A stretch of 64,000 nt of DNA, from IMG/VR virus record IMGVR_UViG_3300027736_000035, positions 1 through 64,000 of that record. The stretch is one strand, 5' to 3'. This DNA comes from a virus. Position 1 is the stretch's first letter. Each line of letters opens with the position of its first letter. The position numbers and the translations under genes are program-made. Shown in pieces: positions 40,501 to 47,333 of the stretch. Under the pieces are notes generated by a model that was given only the letters and a program-made list of their open reading frames with translations, searched no databases and had not been told where the DNA came from.

Positions 40501-43500
40501 TTACACTATCTATGTTGCATTACAAGATGTCCCGGCAGCCACAGCATTGACCAATGTTAGTTATTGGTCTCCAGTTACAACAACCACAGTAGCGGCCAGC
40601 GTCTATGTACGTGCATTGGCTGCACAGATAAACAGCACAGTGCCCAATGTGATTGCCACTGTTGATGTCAGTGGATATTTAACTGTGTCAGTTAAAAATA
40701 ATAATTCAGCTCCGGCCTTTAACAAATTACAAGTGGCGCCAGGATCAATTGGTACAGCATTTGCCACACTGGCATTCACTACATTTGCATTTACACAAAC
40801 CATAGTCAGTCCTTATCCTGTAAAATATTCTGCTTTTGGTTCAAGTGTAAACATTGCAGATTCGGCCACTACCCTGGTAGTGGGTGCGCCAAACGGCACC
40901 TTGTATCTGATAACTGTGTTTGATGATGGCAACACAGACTTTGATGCTGACAGTACTACATTTATTACCACGGTAATCAATAGTGGTGCAGTGTACACAT
41001 ATGACTATTTGCCAAGTGCAAGTATGAGTATATCAAATCCAGGCAAGTTCTTGTTTGGCCAACAGATCAACAACAGTGAAGTAAATGCATTAGATACATT
41101 TGGATCAACTGTCAGCTATGTTGATGGGATTTTGGTTGCTGGTGCTCCAAACAATGATGTAGGCGATAGTACGGCAAATTATGGGCGAATTTTCTTGTTT
41201 GAAAATCCCACCCGCACTCCCGCCTGGACAGTGATACGACAACAGCAACCAGTGGTAGATGTCAGTTTACTCAATGGAGTATTCACCTACGATCGTATTA
41301 CCAGTGCTACCACACAGTTCTTTGACTTTTTTGATCCTCTTCAAGGCAAAATATTAGGTGCTGCACGGCAAAATATTGATTACATCAGCGGCATAGATCC
41401 TGCCAACTACAACATTGGCCCCAGCGGTATCAATGGTGCCACCTGGTGGTCAGGGCATGTGGGTGAAGTATGGTGGAATACCAGCACAGTGCGTTTTATT
41501 GATCCCAATCAAGATGACATAACCTACGCCAGTCGACGATGGGGGCAAAATTTTCCTGGAAGTTCAATAGATGTATATCAATGGATTTTGAGCACAGTGC
41601 CTCCAGCCAGTTATACTGGTCCGGGTGTGCCGTACAGCACTTCAAGTTACAGCATCAATACTAGACTCAACCGAGACGGTATATTTGCTACTGAATACTA
41701 TTTCTGGGTGCGTGGAATCACAACCACTGCTGTGCAAGAAGGAAAAACACTCAGCGTGGCCACTGTGGCACAGTACATAGAAAATCCACGTGCCAGTGGG
41801 ATAACTTACATGGCACCAATCAATGCCAGCACTGTTGCTCTTTACAATGCTGCTGAATACATAGTGGCATCGGACACAGTGATCAATATATCATTTGACA
41901 GAGAAGCCACAGAAAGCAACGTACATACTGAATATGAACTGATTGCCGAAGGAAAACCAGACGCATTTTTGAGCACGAATCTCTATCGCAAATTGCAAGA
42001 CAGTTTCTGCGGAGTTGATACATTTGGTAACAATGTGCCAGACGCTAATCTCAGTCCAGCAGAACGTTATGGTGTGCAATTTAGACCACGGCAAAGCATG
42101 TTTGTGGATAGATTTGATGCTCTTAAAAATTATCTCACAAGAGTAAATGCTGTACTGGCAAGATTTACAATTTCTGAAAGTCGCAGTTTCAATCTTCTCA
42201 ACAGTGCAGAACCTGAACCAAGTGCAGCCACAGGTCTGTGGAATTTGCGTGTGGCAAATTTAGAGATATTGGGGTTCCAAAATATCTATACAGTACCATT
42301 GGGATATCGCTACTTGGTGGTGACTGACAGTAATAATCGTGGCCTGTGGACCATCTATACTGTGATAGCCAGCGATCAAGTGGCAGGCGAACGTCTACTA
42401 CGATTGTCATTTGTTCAAGGATATAACACTGCTGATTATTGGAGTTATATTGATTGGTATCTCCCAGGATACAATTCCAGCACCAAGGTACTGGCAGAAG
42501 TTGCCAACCAAGCCGCGCTAAGAACTTTAGGGTTGTCAGTGGGCAGCAGTGTTCGAGTTACTGCAAATTCTCAAGGTAAATGGGAAATATACCTATTAAC
42601 TAACACAGGGTGGGAACGTGTGGGATTACAAGATGGCACAATTGCATTCTCTGCAGAGTTGTGGGATTACCAATTGGGTAGATTTGGTTTTGATATCGAA
42701 GTGTTTGATGCTCAATACTATGACCAAGAACCTGTAAAAGAAACACGAAAAATTATTCAAGCCATCAATGAAGAATTATTAATCAATGATCTGCTAATAG
42801 AACGTAATCTTGCTTTGACGTTGATGTTTAACTATGTGTTGAGCGAATTTGCTGCACCCGAATGGTTGGTTAAAACCAGTCTAATTGATGTGGATCATAG
42901 AATACGTGATCTAGTACCATATCAAAACTATCGCCGTGACAATCAAGAATTTGTAATTGATTATATCAAAGAAGTCAAACCTTATCATGTGCAACTACGT
43001 GAATTTAATCTACGTTATAACGGAGCAGATCAGTATCCGGGAAGTCTGACCGACTTTGATGTTCCAGCATATTATAATACTTCATTGACTGTGCCACAAT
43101 ACACCAGTCCTATATTGTTGCCGTATGAGCATGGCTCGTCAGACGTTGCTAATTTTTCAAGCGATTTATCATCCAACAGCACGGTATGGTCTGCATTCTC
43201 GTACAATCAATGGTATAACAATTATTTGTTAACATTGACTGCTGTAAATATTGTTAACAACGGCACAGGTTATACAGAACCGCCATTGGTGATCGTTGGC
43301 AATGTGTGGACCGCCAACACAGCGGTGTCTATAAATCAACAACTGTTTTATGTTGATGGTAACATGAACAATTTGTATACTGTGGTAGCAAATGGAACTA
43401 CAGGTATAATACCTCCAACATTTACAACCGGCGGAACTCAGACTGATGGTACTGCTATGTTGGTGTATGCCGGTCCCGCCGCTACCGCAACAGCAGTAAT

Positions 43501-46500
43501 CAACAGCTTGGGCCAGGTAGTAGCAATAAATGTAACCAGTTCAGACGCAGTATATCGGTCAACTCCTGCTATATCATTTGATGGCGGCGGGGGAGTTGGG
43601 CGTGATGCTAGAGCCTATGCAATTATAACACCAGGCCTTGCACGAAGTTTTAAAACTACTATCAAATATGATAGATTCCAATATTTCAGTGATGTACAAG
43701 ATTGGAGTTCCAGCGGAACTTATCAAGATGGCCAATTGGTAAGATACGATGATCGTGTATGGCAAGCTGCCAGTGCAGATTCTACCGCAGTGGTAGGTCC
43801 TGATTTTAGTCTTGAAGATTGGACACCAATTCCGGCTCGAGATTTAACTGGTGTAAATCGCACAATGGGATTGTATGTGCCTGGGGTAAATCAACCAGGA
43901 TTGGATTTGCCTTTGTTAATTGATGGGGTTGATTATCCAGGAGTTCAAGTATATGGCAATTATTTCTTAGGAACTGCTCTCACCGATGCCACTTATGCAA
44001 GCTCGTTTACAGATGCCACATTAGGCAACACTTTTTCTAGTATCAATGTTGATGGCGGCGAATTTGTAGGATTGTACGAAGGGCATGCTCCTGAAGAACT
44101 GGTCAATGGTGCAGAATTTGACACACTTGATCTGCGTGTATACACACGACCAGGCGCGGATTGGAACAGAGATGGTCATGGTTTCCAAATGACAGATCAG
44201 CGTTATCTGTATGAAGCAGCAGTTACTGACACATTTAGTTGGGCAGGCCTAGTTGAAAATCCAGTAAACATTTCTGTAGTCAATACCACTACCAATTTAC
44301 CATTGAGTTTGAACGTTGACTACACTGTGGATTGGGTATTACAGACGCTCACAGTGTTGACTGTGGCCAATGGGGATATCTTAAGCATCACTGCATACGA
44401 ACTTGGCGGCGGCAGTCAATTGTATCGTGACAATTTTGCAGGCACAGGTTTGCAAACTGTGATAATTCCAGTGAATGCCGCTGAAATTATAAGTTTAGCA
44501 ATATTTGTCAATGGAACATTAACAAGTGGCGCAACCTGGACGCCATATGTTGCAAGTGTGGACTGGAATCAGTTGTCTAGTTATTCGTTCAAAGATGTGG
44601 TCAATATCAATGATGGCAGCTCTGCAGAAACTTATTATCGAGCAATAAAAAATGTACCAGCCGGCATTGAAATTACCAATGTTCTTTATTGGTTAGAATA
44701 TGTGCCTACATTTGAATCAATTGTTAATTTTGGGACAGTATACAACACCACTGACGAAATTGCACTGACTGCATTTGGCGTGTCAACCATTGATGCTGGC
44801 TATTTTGTAATTGGTAGACAGTACACAATTACTCAAATTGGAACTACTAATTTTGTAGCCATTGGAGCCGGAGCAAACACAATAGGGACAGTGTTCACAG
44901 CCAGTGGGGTGGGATCGGGCACAGGTCAAGCATCTACAACATACAGTTGGAGTGCTCCACAAACTCAGTACATTGTGGCTGACGCAAATTTTGTCACATT
45001 CAAGACCACCACTTTGACCAATTCTGTTCAAGGCAGTAATCTTGCCAACATGATTGTCACACGCAATGGGCTGAGATTGCAGCCGCCCGAAGGAAGAGAA
45101 TGGATCAGCGACGGAAGTTCATTGTCATTTGGTCTTCCGACTCGCGGCGGCTACAGCCAGAGTATTATAAATGCCACCACAGATGTCATAGTCTGGGTTG
45201 ACGAAATATTACAACAACAAAGCATAGGTGGTGTTCCAGGCACATACAGCGTGACTCCATATGTGGCCGCTAATGACCGTGAGGTGGTGTTCAATGTGGC
45301 ACCACCAGCAGGAGCTAGAATATTGATCACAGTGACTACTCAAGCTGGATATGATTTAGTTGGCAACAGTCTACAAATTGTGGGAGGCGTGAATCTCAAC
45401 GATTTATTCGCAGTGACAACTTTCAATGACACTTCGCAACTGAATCCATTGACATTGGTGTTCAATGGGCCAGTGATTACAGGTGTGGAAGTTGTAGATC
45501 CGTTTGACCCGCTGCCAAACGATCCAGCGTATAATAGTCAACCGGGAAGTTTTGATTACGCTACAGTTAACAATACGCAATGGAGTTTTTCATACAGCAA
45601 AGGTGCGGCTGTGTACAACAATCAATTCTGGCTAGAACGTGCCAATGTCAGCCCATCTAGACTTTGGGTCACATTGGATGGATATGCATTGACCAACAGC
45701 ATAGACTACACAGTAGAAGGTGAATATCTAATACTGGCATCGGGTGCAATCAAACCCGATCAGATAATGGTCATAACAGAAATTACCAACAGCATTGTGC
45801 CAGATGCAATAGCATTCCGTATATTTCAAGACATGCGCGGCGTGCAAGCCACATATCGTATGACCACTGCCACTACCACAGTATTGACACAGCCACTCAG
45901 TGCCACAGACAACATAATGTATGTAGAAAATGTATCAGCACTGGGTCACCCCAATCTTGAACTGGGTGTGTTTGGAGTATGCACGGTGGATGGTGAACGT
46001 ATCATGTACAGAGATGTTGATGCAGCAACCAATACCATTATGGGACTCATGAGAGGTACTGCTGGTACAGCCGCAGCTGACCATTTGGTAAATGCTGCTG
46101 TGTACAATCTCAGCCGCGGTAATTTATTACAAAGCAGCTATCAAGATTACATTGTGTCAGACACCAGCACTGGAGATGGGTCTACCACGGTGTTTTATGC
46201 ACCAAGTATAAATGTCAATGATTTTGTTGATAGCAGTAGTGAAGCTCCTGCAATTGAAGTATATGTTGGCGGCACACGACAATATGCTTACAGTGACACA
46301 ACTGCCACCAGCCAATATCGTTGGTTTGTGACAGATTTTGACCCATTGGCAGTGGATTTTGTTGTAGATAACACTGTGTATCCTCCACTATTTGCCCCGG
46401 CTCCCAATGTTGAAGTCACAATATTGGTACGCCAGGGAGTTACCTGGTATCAACGCGGAGTTACCACACCCAGTGACGGAGTTGCTCTGCAAGATACCGA

Positions 46501-46534
46501 CACTGTTGCTGCAAGGTTTTTACGTGGTTTATAA
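31520..46534 (+). CDS. Giant multi-domain baseplate/adsorption protein (gp7 position), 5004 aa
   Basis: Single uninterrupted ORF, TAATG-coupled to gp6. FG-GAP-like repeats, W..xx.Y..xD.V.Y carbohydrate-binding-like repeats, and an IKEVKPYH motif seen in wedge proteins. Confidence 0.75.
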   Translation: MATARSVDFLPQIFQTETNKQFLAATLDQLTQEPKFKKTQGFIGRTVGPGVNPNDKYVVESTAVRRDYQLEPGVISLVPDTNTIKNAITYPGINDAVSFSGGDGGRPDRLYQSEYYSWDPFVDFDSFVNFSQYFWLPAGPDAVDVAASTIPTSDNFFVTRENGIYTFSGVAGTDPVIDLVRGGNYTFQIAQNNKETANYRVTNSGISAYLLDGLRNPTLTLARGNTYVFNLVLNGDFPFWIKTAPVTGLEDVYSTGVTRNGARTGLVTFTVPQDAPDILYYASQTQLNMQGTLNIVNGTQGTGPGFWIQAFPGVSGKDPSQPNISSRDVLGVSNNGTDLGTVTFNVPQKTAQSFYYSLTPFGVNSSGALITPVDIICDLSFNQVNNQLVDVFLATYGGIDGTKNLNGRTLVFTQSLTDAEASLWQIKYVTIDLLTYISLSKLADIPVLNKFKARYGINYSNTEWYKKANGIFERIPLLTAAQDTLYYQDGTDPEIFGRIRLIEQTADTTLYIDAILGKKSYTSANGVVFSNGLKVKFVGDVFPTSYASGTLDLTITAAQSGSNYLTTESTANLYVGEKIIFIDSIGGVSPGTYYVQSLAANGTQFSISLQKGGGAYPLQVGSANARAIAVSDLEYYVSGVGTAIELLPVEIFSTPELYVVDANDSTIYVEPGQTDYLTINRASRDRNAWSRSNRWFHSDVINATAKYNNTTAVFDNNYRAKRPIIQFRPNIRLWNMGTDGKNPVDIIDFSQTDAFSNVEGSTGYSVDGYTLIDGSRVIFAADQDQNVKDKIYVVSFIVPDTVAPLIAQPIISLTPAQDGEVLVDQCTVCLYGTTSPGVTFWFDGTTWTEAQQKTAVQQAPLFNIYDTNGYSFGDQSKYQSSTFVGSKLFSYAVGDTSIIDPILQFPLQYLNINNVGDIVFVNNLYKDTFLYVADNASVTLDISSGSVKEYTTRASYRRLIGWQTAATPSQCYQQFKFTYTGTTLKLDVKVDDPVNNTPAIKIYVGSVFQAPSTYSYLTTATTTTITLNKTHVPGDIIEVLALSSQTSSAAFYQVPINLQNNPLNGNSPEFTLGTIRTHYESICENILTVVGPVNGSNNTRDLGNLVPYGLTILQQSSPLTLAGYFLRSPDYNIFASLSFADREYNKYKYQLLDAVTNQTIGFDTISQVLDTAIQSITLGRVESQPFYWSDMLPSGAVYTTTTYTIGYTSTSSFDTVQVYNYRSANYLGMNVYLGEVLLVRDRDYVVATDGPRITVLIDLAVGSTLVLQEYSATYGSFAPNTPTKLGLYPAFVPQVITQRTSNGNVQVTQGHDGSITPLFNDIRDQVLLEFETRIYNNLKLDGNPVPLTIDDVLPGQFRSTGFSYSEITEILNQDFLRYVGANKLDYRTQDFRATNEFTWNYSSTKNKLDNSQNLLGAWRGINRYFYDTEQPQYTPWEMLGFSKKPLWWEDAYGPAPYTGDNLVLWDDLAAGYVADPVAPYFRPKYARPASTGSIAEPQRGGIWGAGPYPSLFPIIPTGDEGQLLSPFNSVMGVYSNAQFQKSWAPGDGGPVEASWWNSSSYPFAVMHVLAVTKPAKFFALFADRDLYRYNEEFGQYLLNDRYRLDANGIEVYGNGVSKASYIDWIVDYNRQSGINSTDELTADLANLDVRLCYRMASFSDKQYIKLYTEKSSPNSTNTTLMIPDESYNLLLYKNQPFDRTDYSAVVVQNVPGGYAVFGYSTSLPYFKVLASRSTGQLRTISSGGATVRVPTFYTNTEVHVPYGFIFANETSVCDFLLSYGELSKQQGITFTNRANGYVLDWNQMCQEFLYWSQQGWGENALLNLNPLAAKLTVTRDQAVVDSIVVQAADNVLLDQNNRELPTRNLNITRIDNTFTCEPLTTQTLSFIDLKYTTYEHMIVLNNQSVFGDLIYQPITGARQNRLILIASNTADWTGQINTPGFILNLNNVEQWSGLKRYTKGQIVKYKNVYWSSLNIVQPSEKFNFNEWVQSDYTQIELGLLPNLANKANQLSNSYNINSANLEQDNDLLSYGLIGFRPRQYMAALNLDDVSQLNVYRQFLGSKGTILSAELFSNANLGKEAADYSIYENWAVLRSVYGANANRSFVELRLDRSYLSSNPSLVQVVVPQQVSSADQQILLGDVWKQSYKLTSPDFLPTTTITPTDIALPTAGYVNLNDADITVFDINDLANIAANLDAIAVGTSIWIAKINDYDWNIYRAQSVPGAVQHVCDNLDGTSRVIFSQSHGLSAGDTLIIKFFDTEVNGVYQVLSVSNLTTVNIAFQFVQKRTVANGLGLGFTLQTMRVAQASDVINLPYANDVVPGAKVWVDNNGDDLWEVIQKQQVFVDSSQISPLLLDAGEQFGVAVAQATARLALFVGSPRYGFGGSAQKGAVYVYVKNSQDQYAPVSPIINADGILTLDRTGVRGYGNAVDFGNQTWAVAGASQSLGPSSETNNGYASVIYRDPALGQPGVNPFINWQLLTLPGTTTSTTPGAGEFGYSVTMSLDERWMYISAPGLNTVYAYGRVDWQDQFVTILGTGTTTQYTIAGTIQINNSSQLKVLIDGQLQTTGYSIDAAFDKVTFTTAPDLGALIKFQRINTQQLDAQTYYDVSQTSTSGSGTGAKFTITRVRGEVGQPGASFGGVGATSAGTGYAVGNTITIAGASFGGTNNIVLTITSIGTGGTLGGFNIAYTPPTLATVFSLNEYFFTAINIYSFSIAVDGVLYRPNIDYTFDTVTQDLTFTGTGPASGTIIIARAQSYFTYVNSITASGLGASDRFGHSIACTTDGRQVVIGTPYSTQNSNAEAGSVYVIDRNVQRFIYGSDGSTVTFTLLGTPAAPVSVIVNNVFLTNQTDSVIGAPNTFYWNGANTVTVNADLQYGDVVEIETNQFAQIQKITQNTVANFSNFGQSVDICSYNCSLYVGVPQSSVQIYKGGVVERDVNQSRIYGTITSTVVNAALTAGNTVRVNNMDVVVPAAWNSLSAYYKNDVVYNLSGSTYTIYVALQDVPAATALTNVSYWSPVTTTTVAASVYVRALAAQINSTVPNVIATVDVSGYLTVSVKNNNSAPAFNKLQVAPGSIGTAFATLAFTTFAFTQTIVSPYPVKYSAFGSSVNIADSATTLVVGAPNGTLYLITVFDDGNTDFDADSTTFITTVINSGAVYTYDYLPSASMSISNPGKFLFGQQINNSEVNALDTFGSTVSYVDGILVAGAPNNDVGDSTANYGRIFLFENPTRTPAWTVIRQQQPVVDVSLLNGVFTYDRITSATTQFFDFFDPLQGKILGAARQNIDYISGIDPANYNIGPSGINGATWWSGHVGEVWWNTSTVRFIDPNQDDITYASRRWGQNFPGSSIDVYQWILSTVPPASYTGPGVPYSTSSYSINTRLNRDGIFATEYYFWVRGITTTAVQEGKTLSVATVAQYIENPRASGITYMAPINASTVALYNAAEYIVASDTVINISFDREATESNVHTEYELIAEGKPDAFLSTNLYRKLQDSFCGVDTFGNNVPDANLSPAERYGVQFRPRQSMFVDRFDALKNYLTRVNAVLARFTISESRSFNLLNSAEPEPSAATGLWNLRVANLEILGFQNIYTVPLGYRYLVVTDSNNRGLWTIYTVIASDQVAGERLLRLSFVQGYNTADYWSYIDWYLPGYNSSTKVLAEVANQAALRTLGLSVGSSVRVTANSQGKWEIYLLTNTGWERVGLQDGTIAFSAELWDYQLGRFGFDIEVFDAQYYDQEPVKETRKIIQAINEELLINDLLIERNLALTLMFNYVLSEFAAPEWLVKTSLIDVDHRIRDLVPYQNYRRDNQEFVIDYIKEVKPYHVQLREFNLRYNGADQYPGSLTDFDVPAYYNTSLTVPQYTSPILLPYEHGSSDVANFSSDLSSNSTVWSAFSYNQWYNNYLLTLTAVNIVNNGTGYTEPPLVIVGNVWTANTAVSINQQLFYVDGNMNNLYTVVANGTTGIIPPTFTTGGTQTDGTAMLVYAGPAATATAVINSLGQVVAINVTSSDAVYRSTPAISFDGGGGVGRDARAYAIITPGLARSFKTTIKYDRFQYFSDVQDWSSSGTYQDGQLVRYDDRVWQAASADSTAVVGPDFSLEDWTPIPARDLTGVNRTMGLYVPGVNQPGLDLPLLIDGVDYPGVQVYGNYFLGTALTDATYASSFTDATLGNTFSSINVDGGEFVGLYEGHAPEELVNGAEFDTLDLRVYTRPGADWNRDGHGFQMTDQRYLYEAAVTDTFSWAGLVENPVNISVVNTTTNLPLSLNVDYTVDWVLQTLTVLTVANGDILSITAYELGGGSQLYRDNFAGTGLQTVIIPVNAAEIISLAIFVNGTLTSGATWTPYVASVDWNQLSSYSFKDVVNINDGSSAETYYRAIKNVPAGIEITNVLYWLEYVPTFESIVNFGTVYNTTDEIALTAFGVSTIDAGYFVIGRQYTITQIGTTNFVAIGAGANTIGTVFTASGVGSGTGQASTTYSWSAPQTQYIVADANFVTFKTTTLTNSVQGSNLANMIVTRNGLRLQPPEGREWISDGSSLSFGLPTRGGYSQSIINATTDVIVWVDEILQQQSIGGVPGTYSVTPYVAANDREVVFNVAPPAGARILITVTTQAGYDLVGNSLQIVGGVNLNDLFAVTTFNDTSQLNPLTLVFNGPVITGVEVVDPFDPLPNDPAYNSQPGSFDYATVNNTQWSFSYSKGAAVYNNQFWLERANVSPSRLWVTLDGYALTNSIDYTVEGEYLILASGAIKPDQIMVITEITNSIVPDAIAFRIFQDMRGVQATYRMTTATTTVLTQPLSATDNIMYVENVSALGHPNLELGVFGVCTVDGERIMYRDVDAATNTIMGLMRGTAGTAAADHLVNAAVYNLSRGNLLQSSYQDYIVSDTSTGDGSTTVFYAPSINVNDFVDSSSEAPAIEVYVGGTRQYAYSDTTATSQYRWFVTDFDPLAVDFVVDNTVYPPLFAPAPNVEVTILVRQGVTWYQRGVTTPSDGVALQDTDTVAARFLRGL

Positions 46535-46553
46535 ACAAGGTAAATAAAATATC

Positions 46554-46703
46554 ATGCCAACTACAATGCCAAACAAACCAGCTGCACCAGTACCAGCACC
46601 TAGAGTAAACAAACCCAACGAAAGTGGGTCAATTTCGGTACAAGCACACATGAGGATTTATGATCCCAAAACACAAAAAACCTATGTGGAGGGACGAGCA
46701 TGA
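46554..46703 (+). CDS. 49-aa small virion-module protein missed by the ORF track
   Basis: MPTTMPNKPAAPVPAPRVNKPNESGSISVQAHMRIYDPKTQKTYVEGRA. TAAATA box 7 nt upstream and ATGA overlap with the next gene. Confidence 0.7.
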   Translation: MPTTMPNKPAAPVPAPRVNKPNESGSISVQAHMRIYDPKTQKTYVEGRA

Positions 46704-47305
46704 TCACTCCCGGACTGTGCAAAATTGAAGGGTTTGTCAAGATTCTTGACCCAAATTCGGGCGAAGTTCTAGTAGATAAAAAGAATGCCATCCATTATGA
46801 AAACATTTCTATTGCCATGGCACAGACCTTGAGCAACAGAGACTTAGGTTATATCTATTTGATGGCATTTGGCAACGGTGGCAGTAGTGTTGATCCCACT
46901 GGAGTGATCACGTACCTGCCCCCAAATACCACAGGACAAAATGCCGATCTTTACAACCAAACTTACCAAAAAGTAGTAGATGATAATTCCGCAGCAGACA
47001 CCGATCCTGAAAACAACAAGATGACAGTGTTACACACATCTGGAAATCTATACACTGATATTTTGGTAAGTTGTTTGTTGGACTATGGCGAACCTCCGAC
47101 TCAGCAGGCCTTTGATAACTCAACTAACTTTAACGGTGAATATGTGTTTGATGAGTTGGGCCTCAAATCTTGGAACGGCTCAACAGACAATCTTCGACTG
47201 ATTACCCATGTGATTTTTCATCCAGTGCAAAAAAGTCTAAATCGGCAAATTCAGATAGACTACACACTGAGAATTCAGACATTGAGTAATATCAATGCTG
47301 TATAA
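46700..47305 (+). CDS. Baseplate/fibre-attachment structural protein
   Basis: 201 aa with MAFGNGG and FDELGL...LITHVIFHPVQKS...IQIDYTL, resembling tail-collar/fibre-anchor domains. Position in the tail module. Confidence 0.55.
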   Translation: MITPGLCKIEGFVKILDPNSGEVLVDKKNAIHYENISIAMAQTLSNRDLGYIYLMAFGNGGSSVDPTGVITYLPPNTTGQNADLYNQTYQKVVDDNSAADTDPENNKMTVLHTSGNLYTDILVSCLLDYGEPPTQQAFDNSTNFNGEYVFDELGLKSWNGSTDNLRLITHVIFHPVQKSLNRQIQIDYTLRIQTLSNINAV

Positions 47306-47308
47306 ATA
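47301..47308 (+). promoter_or_regulatory. T4 consensus late promoter TATAAATA
   Basis: Exact TATAAATA upstream of the fibre gene. Confidence 0.7.
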
Positions 47309-47333
47309 TTGATAACAGGAACAGGTAATTCAA

